Shown here: in pieces, positions 1 to 9,186 of the stretch
Layout of the letters: each line of letters starts with the position of its first letter
How positions within the stretch are numbered: the first letter of the stretch is position 1
Source of the DNA: Myxococcales bacterium
Lineage (GTDB): Bacteria > Myxococcota > Myxococcia > Myxococcales > UBA5297
Direction of reading: 5' to 3'
DNA length: 64,000 bases
Assembly: GCA_036504155.1 (NCBI GenBank)
Contig: DASXVQ010000049.1
Coordinates: 10,952-74,951 of the forward strand
Notes under the pieces: model-generated
Databases searched by the model: none
Seen by the model: only the letters and a program-made list of their open reading frames with translations
What the model was told of the DNA's origin: nothing
Position numbers and translations under genes: made by a program

Positions 1-2639
1 CTGCCGTCCAGGTTGGGCATCGAGCCGAAGCTCACGTCCGGCGCTTCGGTGTCCACCGAGCCCAGCGGGATGACGCCCTCGGCGCCCAGCTCCAGCCAGC
101 CGTAGACCGAGGTGCGGGCCATCTTCTTCTGCATCAGGCTGAGCGCCGGCTCCTCGAAGTGGACGGGGAAGGTCCGGTCGAGATGGACGTCGAGCACGAT
201 GTCCTTGCTGAGCGCGGGCCGGTCGGGGTCGGCGTTGATGCCGCGGCGCACGCCCAAGAGGTACGGCGTGAAGACGTCGGTCTGCCGGTCGTAGATGCCG
301 TAGACCGCGTAGACCGCGCGCAGCCCGGCGGAGGTGTAGACCGAGTAGGCCGCGCCGTCGCCGGTCAGCTTCCAGCGCTCGCCGCGCGCGTCGCGCTGGT
401 CGGCGGAGGCGCGGGAGCCGAACGGCGGGGTCGAGTAGACGCTGGTGCTGGCCACCCAGACCTCGGCCCAGGCGGTCTCGTGCGGGCCCAGCGGCCGGGG
501 GAGTTTGAAGCCCGTCACGTGGCCGTTGATGATGGCCGGCCCGCTGCTGCCGCCCGGCGGAGGCATGTCGGGCGGGCCGCCGTCGCCGTTGTTGTTGGAA
601 AGGTAGAGGGTGAGGTTCTGCGACTCCTGCGAGGCGATGGTGATGGTCTGGTAGCCGTCCTTGGAGACGGTCACCGTCTGCGCCTTCATCAGCTGCGGGT
701 CGCTGAAGGTGATCTGCCCGAGGCGGTCGGTCTTGCCCTGGAACGGCGTCGTCGGGTCGCTGCCGAGCATCACCGTGGCGCCGGGCAGCGGCTGTCCGTA
801 GTGCAGCCACGAGGACTCGAGGATGGTGACGTTCAGCGTGCCGTTGAGCGGGCCGCCGGAGCTCCCGCCGCCGCCGCTGGTGGGATCGAAATAGCTGAAG
901 GCGCCGAGCGATTGGTCCGTCTCCGCGCCGACCTGGACCTTGACGTCCACCGCGCCGACGCGCCCGGGAGGCGTGTGGCCGACGACGGTGTGCGCGTCGA
1001 CGATGCGCTGGTCCTTGAGCAGGGCTCCGCCGAAGAGCACCGAGAGCCCGGGGCCGAAGCCCGTTCCCAGGACGGTGACGTAGGTGCCGCCGGCGATGGC
1101 GCCGTTGTCCGGGCTGACGCGGCCGATGAACACGGGCTCGACGAACTTGAAGCCCGCCTTGAGCACCGCTTCGTTGTCGCGGTCCGCCGGGTCGCGCACG
1201 CGGACGTCCGTGGCGCCGGAGCCCGGGGGAGTGACGGCCGCGATGGCGGTGGCGCTGGTCAGGGAGACGCCGGTGGCCGGCAGCGCGCCGAAGAGGACCT
1301 CGAGGCCGTCGACGAAGCCCGCGCCGGTGAGAACCACGGCGTCGCCGCCCGAAGACTTCCCGGAGACCGGCGCCAATGAGTCGAGCGCGAGGTTGTAGTG
1401 GTAGCCGCTGCCGAGCGTGGCCTGCGTCGCGGCGCCCGTGGCGCTGACGGCCACCCAGCGGTTCGCGGCGCCGGCGGGCACGGTGACGACGGCGACGTTC
1501 GGCTCGGGCGCGGAGACCACCGCTGCCGCGACGCCATCGATCTGGAAGACCGTGGCGGCGTCGAAGCCGGCGCCGACGATGGTCAAGGTGTTGCCGCCAG
1601 CCGCGGGACCGTGCGTCGGCCAGACTCCGGCGATGGCGAGGCCGGTCGCCGAGGGATCGAAGTAGACGTAGCCGCTCGCGCGCGTCGCCGTGCCGGCGGG
1701 AGTCTCGACCTTCAGGTCCACCGCACCTGCGCTCGCTGCTGCGGGAGCGACGGCGTCGATAGTGCCGTCGTCGACGACCGCGAAGCTCGCCTCGGCCGTG
1801 CCGAAGAGCACCTTCGTCGCGCCGGTCAGCGACTTGCCGACGAGCTTCACCGTGCCGCCGCCGACGATGGGACCTGCGGACGGCTCGGCGCGGTCGAGCC
1901 GCAGCGGCTCGAAGTAGGTGAACCCTCGGCGGATCTCGCCGACGCCGTTCTTGTTGAAGACGCGCACGTCCACCGGACCTGGCGCAGAGCCCGGCGGGAC
2001 GGTCGCCCGCGCCGTCTGCGGGTCGACGACGGTGAGCTCTGGGCAGGCCTTGCCGCCGATGAGCACCGTGAGGTCGTCGGTGAAGGCGTCGCCCTTCAGC
2101 TCCACCTCCAGGCCGCCCTCGATGGAGCCGCGCGCCGGGGAGATCGAGTCGAAGGACAGGTCCAGGAAGTAGGTGAAGCAGCCGGTGCAGGTGGCGGTGC
2201 CGTTGGGGTTGATGATGACGACGTCGGCGGGGCCGGCCGGGTTGGGCGGCGCGGTCACCTCCATGGTGTCGTCGTCGATGATGTCGAGCTGCGCGACCTC
2301 GTTGGCCCCGAAGCGCACGCGCGTCAGCTTCTTGGCCTCGGTCGAGCCCTCGGCGAAGCCCTGGTAGAAGCCTCCGCCCTCGATGGTGACGCTGACGCCG
2401 CCGGTGAGCAGGCCGCGGCTGGGCAACACGCTCTTGATACGCACTTCGTGCAGGCCGGAGTCGGCCTTCTTGCCGCCGTCGGGGTCGCCGGCGTCGACGT
2501 CGAGCGAGCCGTCGAGGCTCTGCCCGGAGGCGTCGGCGGGCACGAAGCTGGCATCCGGACGCGAGGTGCCACCGCCGCAGTCACAACCACCGAGCGCGAG
2601 GACCAGCAGCAGCATCGCCAGGGGGTTGATGGACTTCAT
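1..2639 (-). CDS. IPT/TIG-repeat secreted protein (N-terminal part; gene runs off window start)
   Basis: The minus-strand frame is open from the window edge up to an ATG at 2637-2639. The N-terminus MKSINPLAMLLLVLALGGCDCGG is signal/lipobox-like. The translation shows many tandem ~85-aa Ig-like IPT/TIG repeats (e.g. RIKSVLPSRGLLTGGVSVTIEGGGF). It is absent from the ORF track because there is no in-window stop. Plus-strand ORFs 159..2810 are antisense shadows. Confidence 0.7.
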   Translation of the reverse strand, partial: MKSINPLAMLLLVLALGGCDCGGGTSRPDASFVPADASGQSLDGSLDVDAGDPDGGKKADSGLHEVRIKSVLPSRGLLTGGVSVTIEGGGFYQGFAEGSTEAKKLTRVRFGANEVAQLDIIDDDTMEVTAPPNPAGPADVVIINPNGTATCTGCFTYFLDLSFDSISPARGSIEGGLEVELKGDAFTDDLTVLIGGKACPELTVVDPQTARATVPPGSAPGPVDVRVFNKNGVGEIRRGFTYFEPLRLDRAEPSAGPIVGGGTVKLVGKSLTGATKVLFGTAEASFAVVDDGTIDAVAPAAASAGAVDLKVETPAGTATRASGYVYFDPSATGLAIAGVWPTHGPAAGGNTLTIVGAGFDAATVFQIDGVAAAVVSAPEPNVAVVTVPAGAANRWVAVSATGAATQATLGSGYHYNLALDSLAPVSGKSSGGDAVVLTGAGFVDGLEVLFGALPATGVSLTSATAIAAVTPPGSGATDVRVRDPADRDNEAVLKAGFKFVEPVFIGRVSPDNGAIAGGTYVTVLGTGFGPGLSVLFGGALLKDQRIVDAHTVVGHTPPGRVGAVDVKVQVGAETDQSLGAFSYFDPTSGGGGSSGGPLNGTLNVTILESSWLHYGQPLPGATVMLGSDPTTPFQGKTDRLGQITFSDPQLMKAQTVTVSKDGYQTITIASQESQNLTLYLSNNNGDGGPPDMPPPGGSSGPAIINGHVTGFKLPRPLGPHETAWAEVWVASTSVYSTPPFGSRASADQRDARGERWKLTGDGAAYSVYTSAGLRAVYAVYGIYDRQTDVFTPYLLGVRRGINADPDRPALSKDIVLDVHLDRTFPVHFEEPALSLMQKKMARTSVYGWLELGAEGVIPLGSVDTEAPDVSFGSMPNLDG

Positions 2640-2641
2640 GG

Positions 2642-2815
2642 ACTGGATGGACTGGATGGACCACAGGCCAGTGGAGGCAGGCCTCCGTGCCTGCGAGCGC
2701 AGGTCTGGAGCAGGCGCAGAGGCCTGCCTCCACTGACCCTGCTTCCCATTTCCTGGAGCAGGCGCAGAGGCCTGCCTCCACTGACCCTGTTTCCTCATTC
2801 CTGGAGCTGAGCTGA
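2642..2815. repeat. REP-like intergenic repeat: 9-bp gactggatg x2, then two ~50-bp tandem units each carrying the hairpin arm gaggcctgcctccac (complement gtggaggcaggcctc at 2671-2685)
   Basis: Read directly. Units at 2706-2755 and 2756-2806 are near-identical. The 15-bp arm at 2671-2685 is the reverse complement of 2719-2733 and 2769-2783. Confidence 0.55.
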
Positions 2816-2836
2816 AGGCCATCGAAGCTCCCGTCC

Positions 2837-4381
2837 CTACTCGTACGCCACGTGCAGCCAGTACTCGGCATGAGCCCGGTCGTCGATGGAAGCCACCTCG
2901 ACCAGCACCTGCCCGCCCGCAATCGCCGCGGCCTCCACCACCACCTTCTGCAGCGCCGACGTCACCTGGTCCGCGCCCAGCTGCGTCGACCCGTCCTTGG
3001 CGAACACGAACAGATCCGCGGCGCCCTCGGTCGGCACGTAGTTCAACTCCACGCGCAGCTTCTTGCCCTCGGGCACGTCGAGCAGGAACCAGTCCTTGTC
3101 CAGGCCGCACAGCGTCAGCTTGTCGTAGTCGCCCTGGTCGTGCAGCGAGGCGGCGCTCGCCGGGGTGTCGTTGGGCTCGAAGGCGTCGTCGTCGCACGGC
3201 GTCCCGCGCGAGATGGCGATGCGCAGGCCGTAGTCGACGAAGGAGTCGGTGGACTGCATGCGCAGGTAGTACGTCCCGTCCAGCGAGACGGTCCGGTCCA
3301 GCGCCAGCTTGCCTTGCCCCAGCACCCGGCCGGTGTCGTCGAGCAGCCGCGTGTCCATCACGTCCTGGAAGAGCGGGTCGGCGTCCACGAACACGTCGAA
3401 GCGGTCGCCGCGGGTCAGCTTCACCGAGTACCAGTCCTGCTCGCCGTCGCAGAGCGTCAGGCTGGCGTAGTCCTCGCTGACGATCGGCGCGGCCTCGGCC
3501 ATCGACCCGTTCGGCTCGTAGCGGTCCGGCTGGCAGGCGCGCTTGATGCATTTGCCGGCGGCGAGGTCGCAGCGCTCGTCCTTGAAGCAGTCCTCGTTCG
3601 ACAGGCAGGGCGGCGGGGTGGGCGTGCAGAAGCCGGTGGCGCGGTTGCAGGTCAGCCCCGCGGCGCAGTCGCGGTCGGAGAGGCAGCGCGCCGAGCCGTC
3701 GACGACGCAGGTCAGCCGGCCGCGGTCGCAGACCATGCCGCCCGGGCAGTCCGAGCTGTCGGCGCAGTCGGTGCAGCGGCTGTCCAGGCACTTCTGCCCG
3801 GCGGCGCAGACCTGGCCCTGCGTCTGCTCGGTGCAGCGCAGGACGCAGGCGTTGGTGGGCACGTTGCACAGCTCGCCGGTGGTGCAGTCCGCGTCGGAGA
3901 GGCAGCCGACGTCCTCCTCGCAGACGCCGTTCGCGAGGTTGCAGCGCGTCCCGTCGGCCAGGCACCGGCCCGAGGAGCAGAGCACGGCGTCCTTCTCGGA
4001 GACGCACAGGCCCTGCACGCAGCGCTGCCCGGCGGTGCAGTCGGCGTTGGCGGAGCAGTCGTCGCCCCAGCCGGGCTTGAAGACGCACAGGCGCTTGGCC
4101 GGATCGCACTTCTCGCGCAGCTCGCACTGGCCATCGCTCGAGCACTGCCCGCAGGTGAAGTCGGGCAGGCACGTCAGCTGCGCCTGGTCGCCGCCCTTGG
4201 CGTGGCAATCGGCGCGGGTGGTGCACTCGCGCTCGCCGGCGTCGCGGCCCGGCGCAGTCGGATCCTTCGACGGGCAGGCGCACAGCAGCAGGCAGAGTGA
4301 CAGCGCCGCCGCCGCGGCCCCCGCGGCCCCCGCGGCCCTCGTCCCCGTCCCGACCGGTGCGATGGCGATCCGCGCCGTCAT
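2837..4381 (-). CDS. lipoprotein with myxobacterial Cys-rich repeats and two PPC (pre-peptidase C-terminal)-like domains
   Basis: The real start is the ATG at 4379-4381 (MTARIAIAPVG...LCLLLCACPSKD lipobox), overlapping the upstream stop by 1 nt (TGATG). It has repeated C-x-DC-x-G-x-C modules and then two DWY..L..GD...V.V domains. The longer 986-aa ORF-track N-terminus is Arg/Gly-rich noise. Confidence 0.75.
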   Translation of the reverse strand: MTARIAIAPVGTGTRAAGAAGAAAAALSLCLLLCACPSKDPTAPGRDAGERECTTRADCHAKGGDQAQLTCLPDFTCGQCSSDGQCELREKCDPAKRLCVFKPGWGDDCSANADCTAGQRCVQGLCVSEKDAVLCSSGRCLADGTRCNLANGVCEEDVGCLSDADCTTGELCNVPTNACVLRCTEQTQGQVCAAGQKCLDSRCTDCADSSDCPGGMVCDRGRLTCVVDGSARCLSDRDCAAGLTCNRATGFCTPTPPPCLSNEDCFKDERCDLAAGKCIKRACQPDRYEPNGSMAEAAPIVSEDYASLTLCDGEQDWYSVKLTRGDRFDVFVDADPLFQDVMDTRLLDDTGRVLGQGKLALDRTVSLDGTYYLRMQSTDSFVDYGLRIAISRGTPCDDDAFEPNDTPASAASLHDQGDYDKLTLCGLDKDWFLLDVPEGKKLRVELNYVPTEGAADLFVFAKDGSTQLGADQVTSALQKVVVEAAAIAGGQVLVEVASIDDRAHAEYWLHVAYE

Positions 4382-5820
4382 CACTGCACCACGTCGATGT
4401 TGGTGATGGCCCCGCCCGGCCAGTCGATGGTCAGCACCTGCCACTGCCGGCCTTCCTGGGACAGCGTGCGGCGCACCTCGGCCTTGACCACCCCGAACTC
4501 GTAGACGCGCACCGTCGCCAGCGTCGCCGGCTGCTTCGAGCGGTGGTCCGAGAAGTAGTCGACCATCACCTTGAACTTGCCGGGCGCCGGCTCGCCGTAG
4601 CTGATGATCTCCGGGCCGTAGCCGGTCAACGCGTCGCGGTCGAGCGTCGGGTTGCCGGCGGGGTTGCCCCAGTCCGGGCTGGTGTGGCCTTCGGCGAAGT
4701 AGCAGTCCTGCGGCCCGAAGAAGTCGGTGCCGTCCGGGGTCAGGTGCAGGTCGAGGTCCGGGTCGAGGTTGTCCCAGACGAGCTCGACCAGCAGCTGCTG
4801 CGCGGGCTTGGCCAGCACGTCCTTGTAGAAGGGCTTGGAGACGCAGCCCGCGGAGTCGGTCACCGTCAGCCCCACCGTGTACTGCCCGGGAAGGTCGAGC
4901 GTCAGCTTCGCCGCCGGCTGGTCCAGCGGCGCCGGCTGCGAGCGCGAGCCCAGCGGCGAGGACTTGAGCGCCCAGGAGTAGGTCAGCGGCAGGTCGTTGT
5001 CGGGGTCGGTCGAGGCCGAGCCGTCCAGGTCCACGGTGGCGCCGGGCGCGGCGTTGGGCACGTCGGCCACGCTCGCCTTGGGGGCGCGGTTGACCCGCGC
5101 CGAGAGCGGGATGGAGACGGTGCGGTGCGCGGGGTCGGTCCCGCTGACCAGCACCGCTCCGGCGAGGAACGCCGGCGAGGCCTCGGTGGTCGAAACCCGC
5201 ACCGCCAGCGCCATCTCCCCGCCCTTGGCCAGCGTCGCCGGCGTGCGCGTCGAGGAGACGAACTGGAACTCGGGCGCGGTGCCGTCGGCGAAGCGGATCT
5301 CCTCGAGGATGAGGTCCGCGGTCCCGGTGGAGCGCAGCGTCAGCGTCCCCACCGACTCCGAGCCCTCGCAGACCTCGCCGAAATCCAGCGAGCGGTCGGC
5401 CTCCAGGGTCGCCACGGTGAACCCGGTGCCCAGGAGCGGCACCTCCAGCGCCGGGCTCTCCAGGTCGTCGCTGTGGATCATCAGCGTCGCCCGGTAGGGG
5501 GCGAGCTTGGCGGGCACGAAGACCAGCGCGACGCTGGCGGCCTCCCCGGCCCCGATGCTGGTGGGCGCCGAGCGCACCGCGAACGCCGCCCCGGCCTCCT
5601 CCACCTCCACCGACTCGATGGTCAGCGGCGCCCGGCCGGCGTTGCGGATCTCCAGCGTCCGGGCCGCCTCGTTGAGGACCGGCACCTCGCCGAAGTCCAC
5701 GCTCTCCTGCGTCAGCTCGATGCGCGGCTCGGTCTTCACCGTGGGCGGCTCGGAGCACGCGGCGGCGAGCGCGGCCAAGAGCGCGAGGGTCGCCCACTTC
5801 TGCGCGCGCAGGCCGCTCAT
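4381..5820 (-). CDS. lipoprotein with two Ig-like (ASH/choice-of-anchor-D-like) domains and a PKD domain
   Basis: Start is the ATG at 5818-5820 (MSGLRAQKWATLALLAALAAACSEPP lipobox), in a 4-nt ATGA overlap with the VWA gene stop. It has two VDFGEV...L.I.N.G...L.I repeats, then a PKD-like segment (VDLDGSASTDPDNDLPLTYSW), then a C-terminal beta domain. Confidence 0.75.
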   Translation of the reverse strand: MSGLRAQKWATLALLAALAAACSEPPTVKTEPRIELTQESVDFGEVPVLNEAARTLEIRNAGRAPLTIESVEVEEAGAAFAVRSAPTSIGAGEAASVALVFVPAKLAPYRATLMIHSDDLESPALEVPLLGTGFTVATLEADRSLDFGEVCEGSESVGTLTLRSTGTADLILEEIRFADGTAPEFQFVSSTRTPATLAKGGEMALAVRVSTTEASPAFLAGAVLVSGTDPAHRTVSIPLSARVNRAPKASVADVPNAAPGATVDLDGSASTDPDNDLPLTYSWALKSSPLGSRSQPAPLDQPAAKLTLDLPGQYTVGLTVTDSAGCVSKPFYKDVLAKPAQQLLVELVWDNLDPDLDLHLTPDGTDFFGPQDCYFAEGHTSPDWGNPAGNPTLDRDALTGYGPEIISYGEPAPGKFKVMVDYFSDHRSKQPATLATVRVYEFGVVKAEVRRTLSQEGRQWQVLTIDWPGGAITNIDVVQ

Positions 5821-6953
5821 GTCGCGTCCGCCGCCTGGTAGCCGACCACCAGCACGCTGCGCAGCCCGGGCACCGCGTCGCCGTGGAAGAAGAGCGAGTT
5901 GGTCGAGGTCTCGTACGTCCAGCCGTTGGGCTCGCCCTGCGGCGGGGTGCAGACGATGCCCTGCGTCTCCGGCGCCTTGCCCTGGCAGTCCCTCTCCACG
6001 CTCGCGCAGCGGCCCATCTGCGCCTGCGGCGTGTCGCAGCGGTACTTGACGGTCGGCTCCAGCGTCGTCGTGTCCGGCCTCTTCGACAGCCCGAACTTGC
6101 GCTTGAGCCCCGCGGCGTCCAGCGCGATGCGCTCCAGCTGCTTGTCGAAGGTGGCGTCGCAGATCGACCCGACGATGCCGCCCATCGCGTCGGCCAGCGC
6201 CACGTAGCGGGTGCCGGCGGTGGCGTCGCAGGGCGGGCTGGGGACGTCGCCGACGATGACCGCGACGCTCACCGCGCCCTCGTTGCCGGTGCCCAGCGAC
6301 TCCTCGAAGTAGCGCTGGTAGTAGCGGATCTCCCCGAAGCTCTGCTCGTCCTCGTCGGAGACGAAGACGATGTAGAGGTGCGCCTCGGGGCGCATGAAGC
6401 GCGGCGAGTGCTGGTTGGCGCAGCCGTCCCGGCACGCGTCGCCCGCCCCGGCGGGGCAGGCGGCGACGCAGGCCTCGCGCTCGGCCAGCACCACCGCGGC
6501 GGCGGCCTTCTCCCGCTCCACCGCCAGCCGGGCCGCCTCGAAGGCCTGCTCGTGGCCCTTGCCGCCGGTGCCGACCTTCACGTTCTTCTGGAAGGCGGAG
6601 ACCGGGTCGGCCAGCGACGGGTCGACGATGTCCGGGTTGCCGACGAACAGGCCCTGGTCGTTGAAGACGTCGGTGGTCGTCACCGCGATGCGGTAGTCGA
6701 CCTGGCCGCGGCTGAAGAGCTCCATGAAGCGGGTGAAGCTGGTCGCCAGCTCCTCCTGCTCGGGCTGCATGGAGGCGGAGTTGTCGACCACCCACAGCAC
6801 GTCGATCTTCGCGGCGGCGTCCTGGGCGAAGACGTCCTGGCGGAAGCCGGGCGGCGGCGTCTCGACGATGCGGTCCTCGTTGCAGCCCGGCAGCGCAGCC
6901 AGGGCGCAGAGCGCGACGCGGAGCAGGGCCGTGCGGCGATCCGTTGCTGCCAT
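5817..6953 (-). CDS. von Willebrand factor A (VWA) domain lipoprotein
   Basis: ATG at 6951-6953 (MAATDRRTALLRVALCALAALPGCNE lipobox). The MIDAS-like motif DVLWVVDNSASM is present. GC3 is strongly biased. The stop overlaps the start of the downstream gene. Confidence 0.8.
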   Translation of the reverse strand: MAATDRRTALLRVALCALAALPGCNEDRIVETPPPGFRQDVFAQDAAAKIDVLWVVDNSASMQPEQEELATSFTRFMELFSRGQVDYRIAVTTTDVFNDQGLFVGNPDIVDPSLADPVSAFQKNVKVGTGGKGHEQAFEAARLAVEREKAAAAVVLAEREACVAACPAGAGDACRDGCANQHSPRFMRPEAHLYIVFVSDEDEQSFGEIRYYQRYFEESLGTGNEGAVSVAVIVGDVPSPPCDATAGTRYVALADAMGGIVGSICDATFDKQLERIALDAAGLKRKFGLSKRPDTTTLEPTVKYRCDTPQAQMGRCASVERDCQGKAPETQGIVCTPPQGEPNGWTYETSTNSLFFHGDAVPGLRSVLVVGYQAADAT

Positions 6954-7041
6954 GGTCCTCTCGTTCGCTTCGCCGGGGCGCCCGCTTGCCGGCCTGGCCG
7001 GTCGCCGGAAAATCAAGATGGGGATCGTAGCGGTAGCGGGC

Positions 7042-7092
7042 CCCTGAATCCACCTGCAGGCGGGCCCTCGCCAGCGTCCGGCGGATTCAGGG
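7042..7092 (-). terminator. stem-loop (cctgaatcc ... ggattcagg, ~31-nt loop) between the AKP-rich gene stop and the VWA gene start
   Basis: A 9-10 bp inverted repeat is read directly. There is no U-tract, as is common in high-GC genomes. Its position suggests a transcript boundary. Confidence 0.3.
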
Positions 7093-7121
7093 CACGCCCG
7101 GGCAGCGAACGGCCGGGGCCG

Positions 7122-8423
7122 CTACCACTCCTCTTCGGCCTTCTTCTTGGTGTCTTCCTTCTTCGCCGCCGGGCCCTTGGGCCGGGGGACGGTGGGCATG
7201 GCGCCCTCGCCCAGCGGCTCGCAGGTGGCGAACTTGCCGGCGTTGAAGAGCAGCAGCTCGTTGGACTTGTTCAGCTGCACGCGCTCGATGGCATCCCCGG
7301 AGTGGGGGGTGGGCGTCATGCACTTGACCTTCTGCTTGGGGACCGCGCGCACGAACTTCATGGGCGTCGCGTCGCAGCGGGGCAGCGCCTCGGAGTCGCC
7401 TTCCTTGATCACGAGGGCCTTCAGCTCGCCTTCCTTGGGGTTGAAGACCACGAGCTCGCCGATGCCCTCGAGTCGCAGGTAGAGGTCGGGGCGCTTGTCG
7501 CCGTCGACGTCCGCCTCGGCCATGAAGGGGACCATCGCCATCGGCGGGCGCTTCTCCTCCTCGTAGCGGGTCATGACCGCCTCGTAGACGTCGGCGCCGG
7601 CGAGCTTGCCCATGCACTTGAACTTCATGGGGACGCGGGTCCGCGCCGCGGTCTCCAGCGCCTTCCGGGCGTTCTCGTCGATCTCGATGATCAGCACGTC
7701 GTTCTCGAGCCGGGAGACGGGCGGGAACGGGCCGTCCGCCGTGAAGTGCAGCTCGATGCTCTTGTACGGCGGGCGCATCTCGACCTTCATGCCTTCCAGG
7801 CCGCGCAGGACGTCGCCGGGCTTGAAGACGCCGGGCTGGACCTCGAGCACGATGGACATCCCTTCGACGGTCACCTTCTTGACCCCGGCGCGGCCGCGCA
7901 GCCGGGCGGCGGCGGACTTCACGCAGGCCTCGTCGCAGGCCGGGCCGACGACGGTGGGGTCGACGTAGGGCACCACGTAGGCGAGGACCGGCGGCGGAGG
8001 CGGCGGCTTTCCCTTGGGGCCCTTCGGCTTGGCAGGCTCGGCCTTGGCAGGAGCGGGCTTGGCGGCTTCGGCTTTCGCGGGCTCCTTGGCTGGCGCTTCC
8101 TTTGCCGGTTCGACCTTGGCGGGCTCGGCCTTCGCCTGATCCTCCGCGGCGGGCTCCTTCGCCGGCTCCTTGGCCGGTTCCGCGGCGGGCTTGGCCGTGT
8201 CGGCCTTGGCTGCCTCCTCCTTCGCGGGCTCCGGGTCGGCCTTCTTGGCGGCAGGCTTGGGCTCGGCCTTCTTCGCGGCGGCCTTGGGCGGGGCCTTCTT
8301 CGCCGCGGGCTTGGCCTCGGCCTTCTCGGGCACGACCGGGGCCAGCGGATCCGGCTCGGCCGCGGCGGCGAGTGAGGTGGAGGCGAGGCACAAACTCGCC
8401 AGGGAGATCAGCAGCGTTCGCAT
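7122..8423 (-). CDS. secreted protein with long Ala/Lys/Pro/Glu-rich low-complexity repeats and a structured C-terminal domain
   Basis: ATG at 8421-8423 with GGAG upstream. It has a signal peptide (MRTLLISLASLCLASTSLAAAA), then (PAKE/AKKA)n repeats and PPPPPP, then a ~280-aa C-terminal domain. The overlapping 450-aa ORF 7087..8439 is in the wrong frame. Confidence 0.7.
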   Translation of the reverse strand: MRTLLISLASLCLASTSLAAAAEPDPLAPVVPEKAEAKPAAKKAPPKAAAKKAEPKPAAKKADPEPAKEEAAKADTAKPAAEPAKEPAKEPAAEDQAKAEPAKVEPAKEAPAKEPAKAEAAKPAPAKAEPAKPKGPKGKPPPPPPVLAYVVPYVDPTVVGPACDEACVKSAAARLRGRAGVKKVTVEGMSIVLEVQPGVFKPGDVLRGLEGMKVEMRPPYKSIELHFTADGPFPPVSRLENDVLIIEIDENARKALETAARTRVPMKFKCMGKLAGADVYEAVMTRYEEEKRPPMAMVPFMAEADVDGDKRPDLYLRLEGIGELVVFNPKEGELKALVIKEGDSEALPRCDATPMKFVRAVPKQKVKCMTPTPHSGDAIERVQLNKSNELLLFNAGKFATCEPLGEGAMPTVPRPKGPAAKKEDTKKKAEEEW

Positions 8424-8711
8424 CGTCTGTACTCCGCAACTTCAGGTCGGCGGTTAGCTTACCAGCGCAGGGAGCCGAAGGAAGAAAGGGACCCGGCGTG
8501 GCTTGCTGCTGATCGATCGGTGGACGCTCGGCGGGTCGGCCGTCTTCAGATTCTGGCCCGAGGCCCCCTCCCGCACTCGGGATGGGACCTCGCGGCGCCT
8601 GGCTGCGACGGAGCTGCCGCGAGCGTTCGCGCGGACCGAGTTCTGGACCCTCGACGAGCTCGGGGTGCCGGAAACTTGAGCCGCGCGCCCGGGCGTCGCA
8701 CGATCCATCTC

Positions 8712-9176
8712 GTGCTCGTCCGAAACGCCAACTCCAACGACCTCGACTTCGTCGGCAGCTTGTCCGGCGACGTGTTCACGCTCTACGGTGACTACCGCAC
8801 GCTGCTGCCCAAGTGGTTCCGCACCGCCGGCGTGATGACCTACGTCAGCGAGTCGGAGGGCGAGCGGACGGGCTTCGTGATGCTCGCCTTCTTCCCCGAG
8901 GGCAAGACGCTGGTGGGCGACGTGCTGGCCATCGCCGTCCTGCCCGCGTATCAGGCCAAGGGCATCGGCCGGATGCTGCTGCAGCACGCGGTCACCGTCT
9001 GCGAACAGGTCGCCGAGCACGCGCCGGTGCGCGCCATGCGCCTCTCGGTGGCCGACACCAACGCCCGCGCCCAGCACCTGTTCACCTCGTTCGGCTTCCG
9101 GCTGGTGGAAGGCGACTTCGGCCAGTACGACGGCGGCCAGCAGGCGCTGCACATGGAGCGGCCGATCGGGCCGTAG
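8712..9176 (+). CDS. GNAT-family N-acetyltransferase
   Basis: The motif AIAVLPAYQAKGIGRMLLQHA is an acetyl-CoA-binding motif A/B-like signature, and the F..GF C-terminus is typical. The ORF-track start at 8520 adds ~64 Arg/Gly-rich residues. The in-frame GTG at 8712 is more likely, but the start is uncertain. Confidence 0.7.
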   Translation: MLVRNANSNDLDFVGSLSGDVFTLYGDYRTLLPKWFRTAGVMTYVSESEGERTGFVMLAFFPEGKTLVGDVLAIAVLPAYQAKGIGRMLLQHAVTVCEQVAEHAPVRAMRLSVADTNARAQHLFTSFGFRLVEGDFGQYDGGQQALHMERPIGP

Positions 9177-9186
9177 CCTGCCGACC

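Noticed and set aside
159-2810. Long plus-strand ORFs (406 aa and 470 aa) rich in Arg/Ala/Gly/Asp
   Set aside because: They are antisense shadows of the minus-strand IPT/TIG gene. The composition is typical of wrong-frame translation in high-GC DNA, and there are no motifs.
5883-8375. 830-aa plus-strand ORF and 4297..5841 514-aa ORF
   Set aside because: They are antisense to the VWA / Ig-like / AKP-rich genes. They are low-complexity and have no start context.
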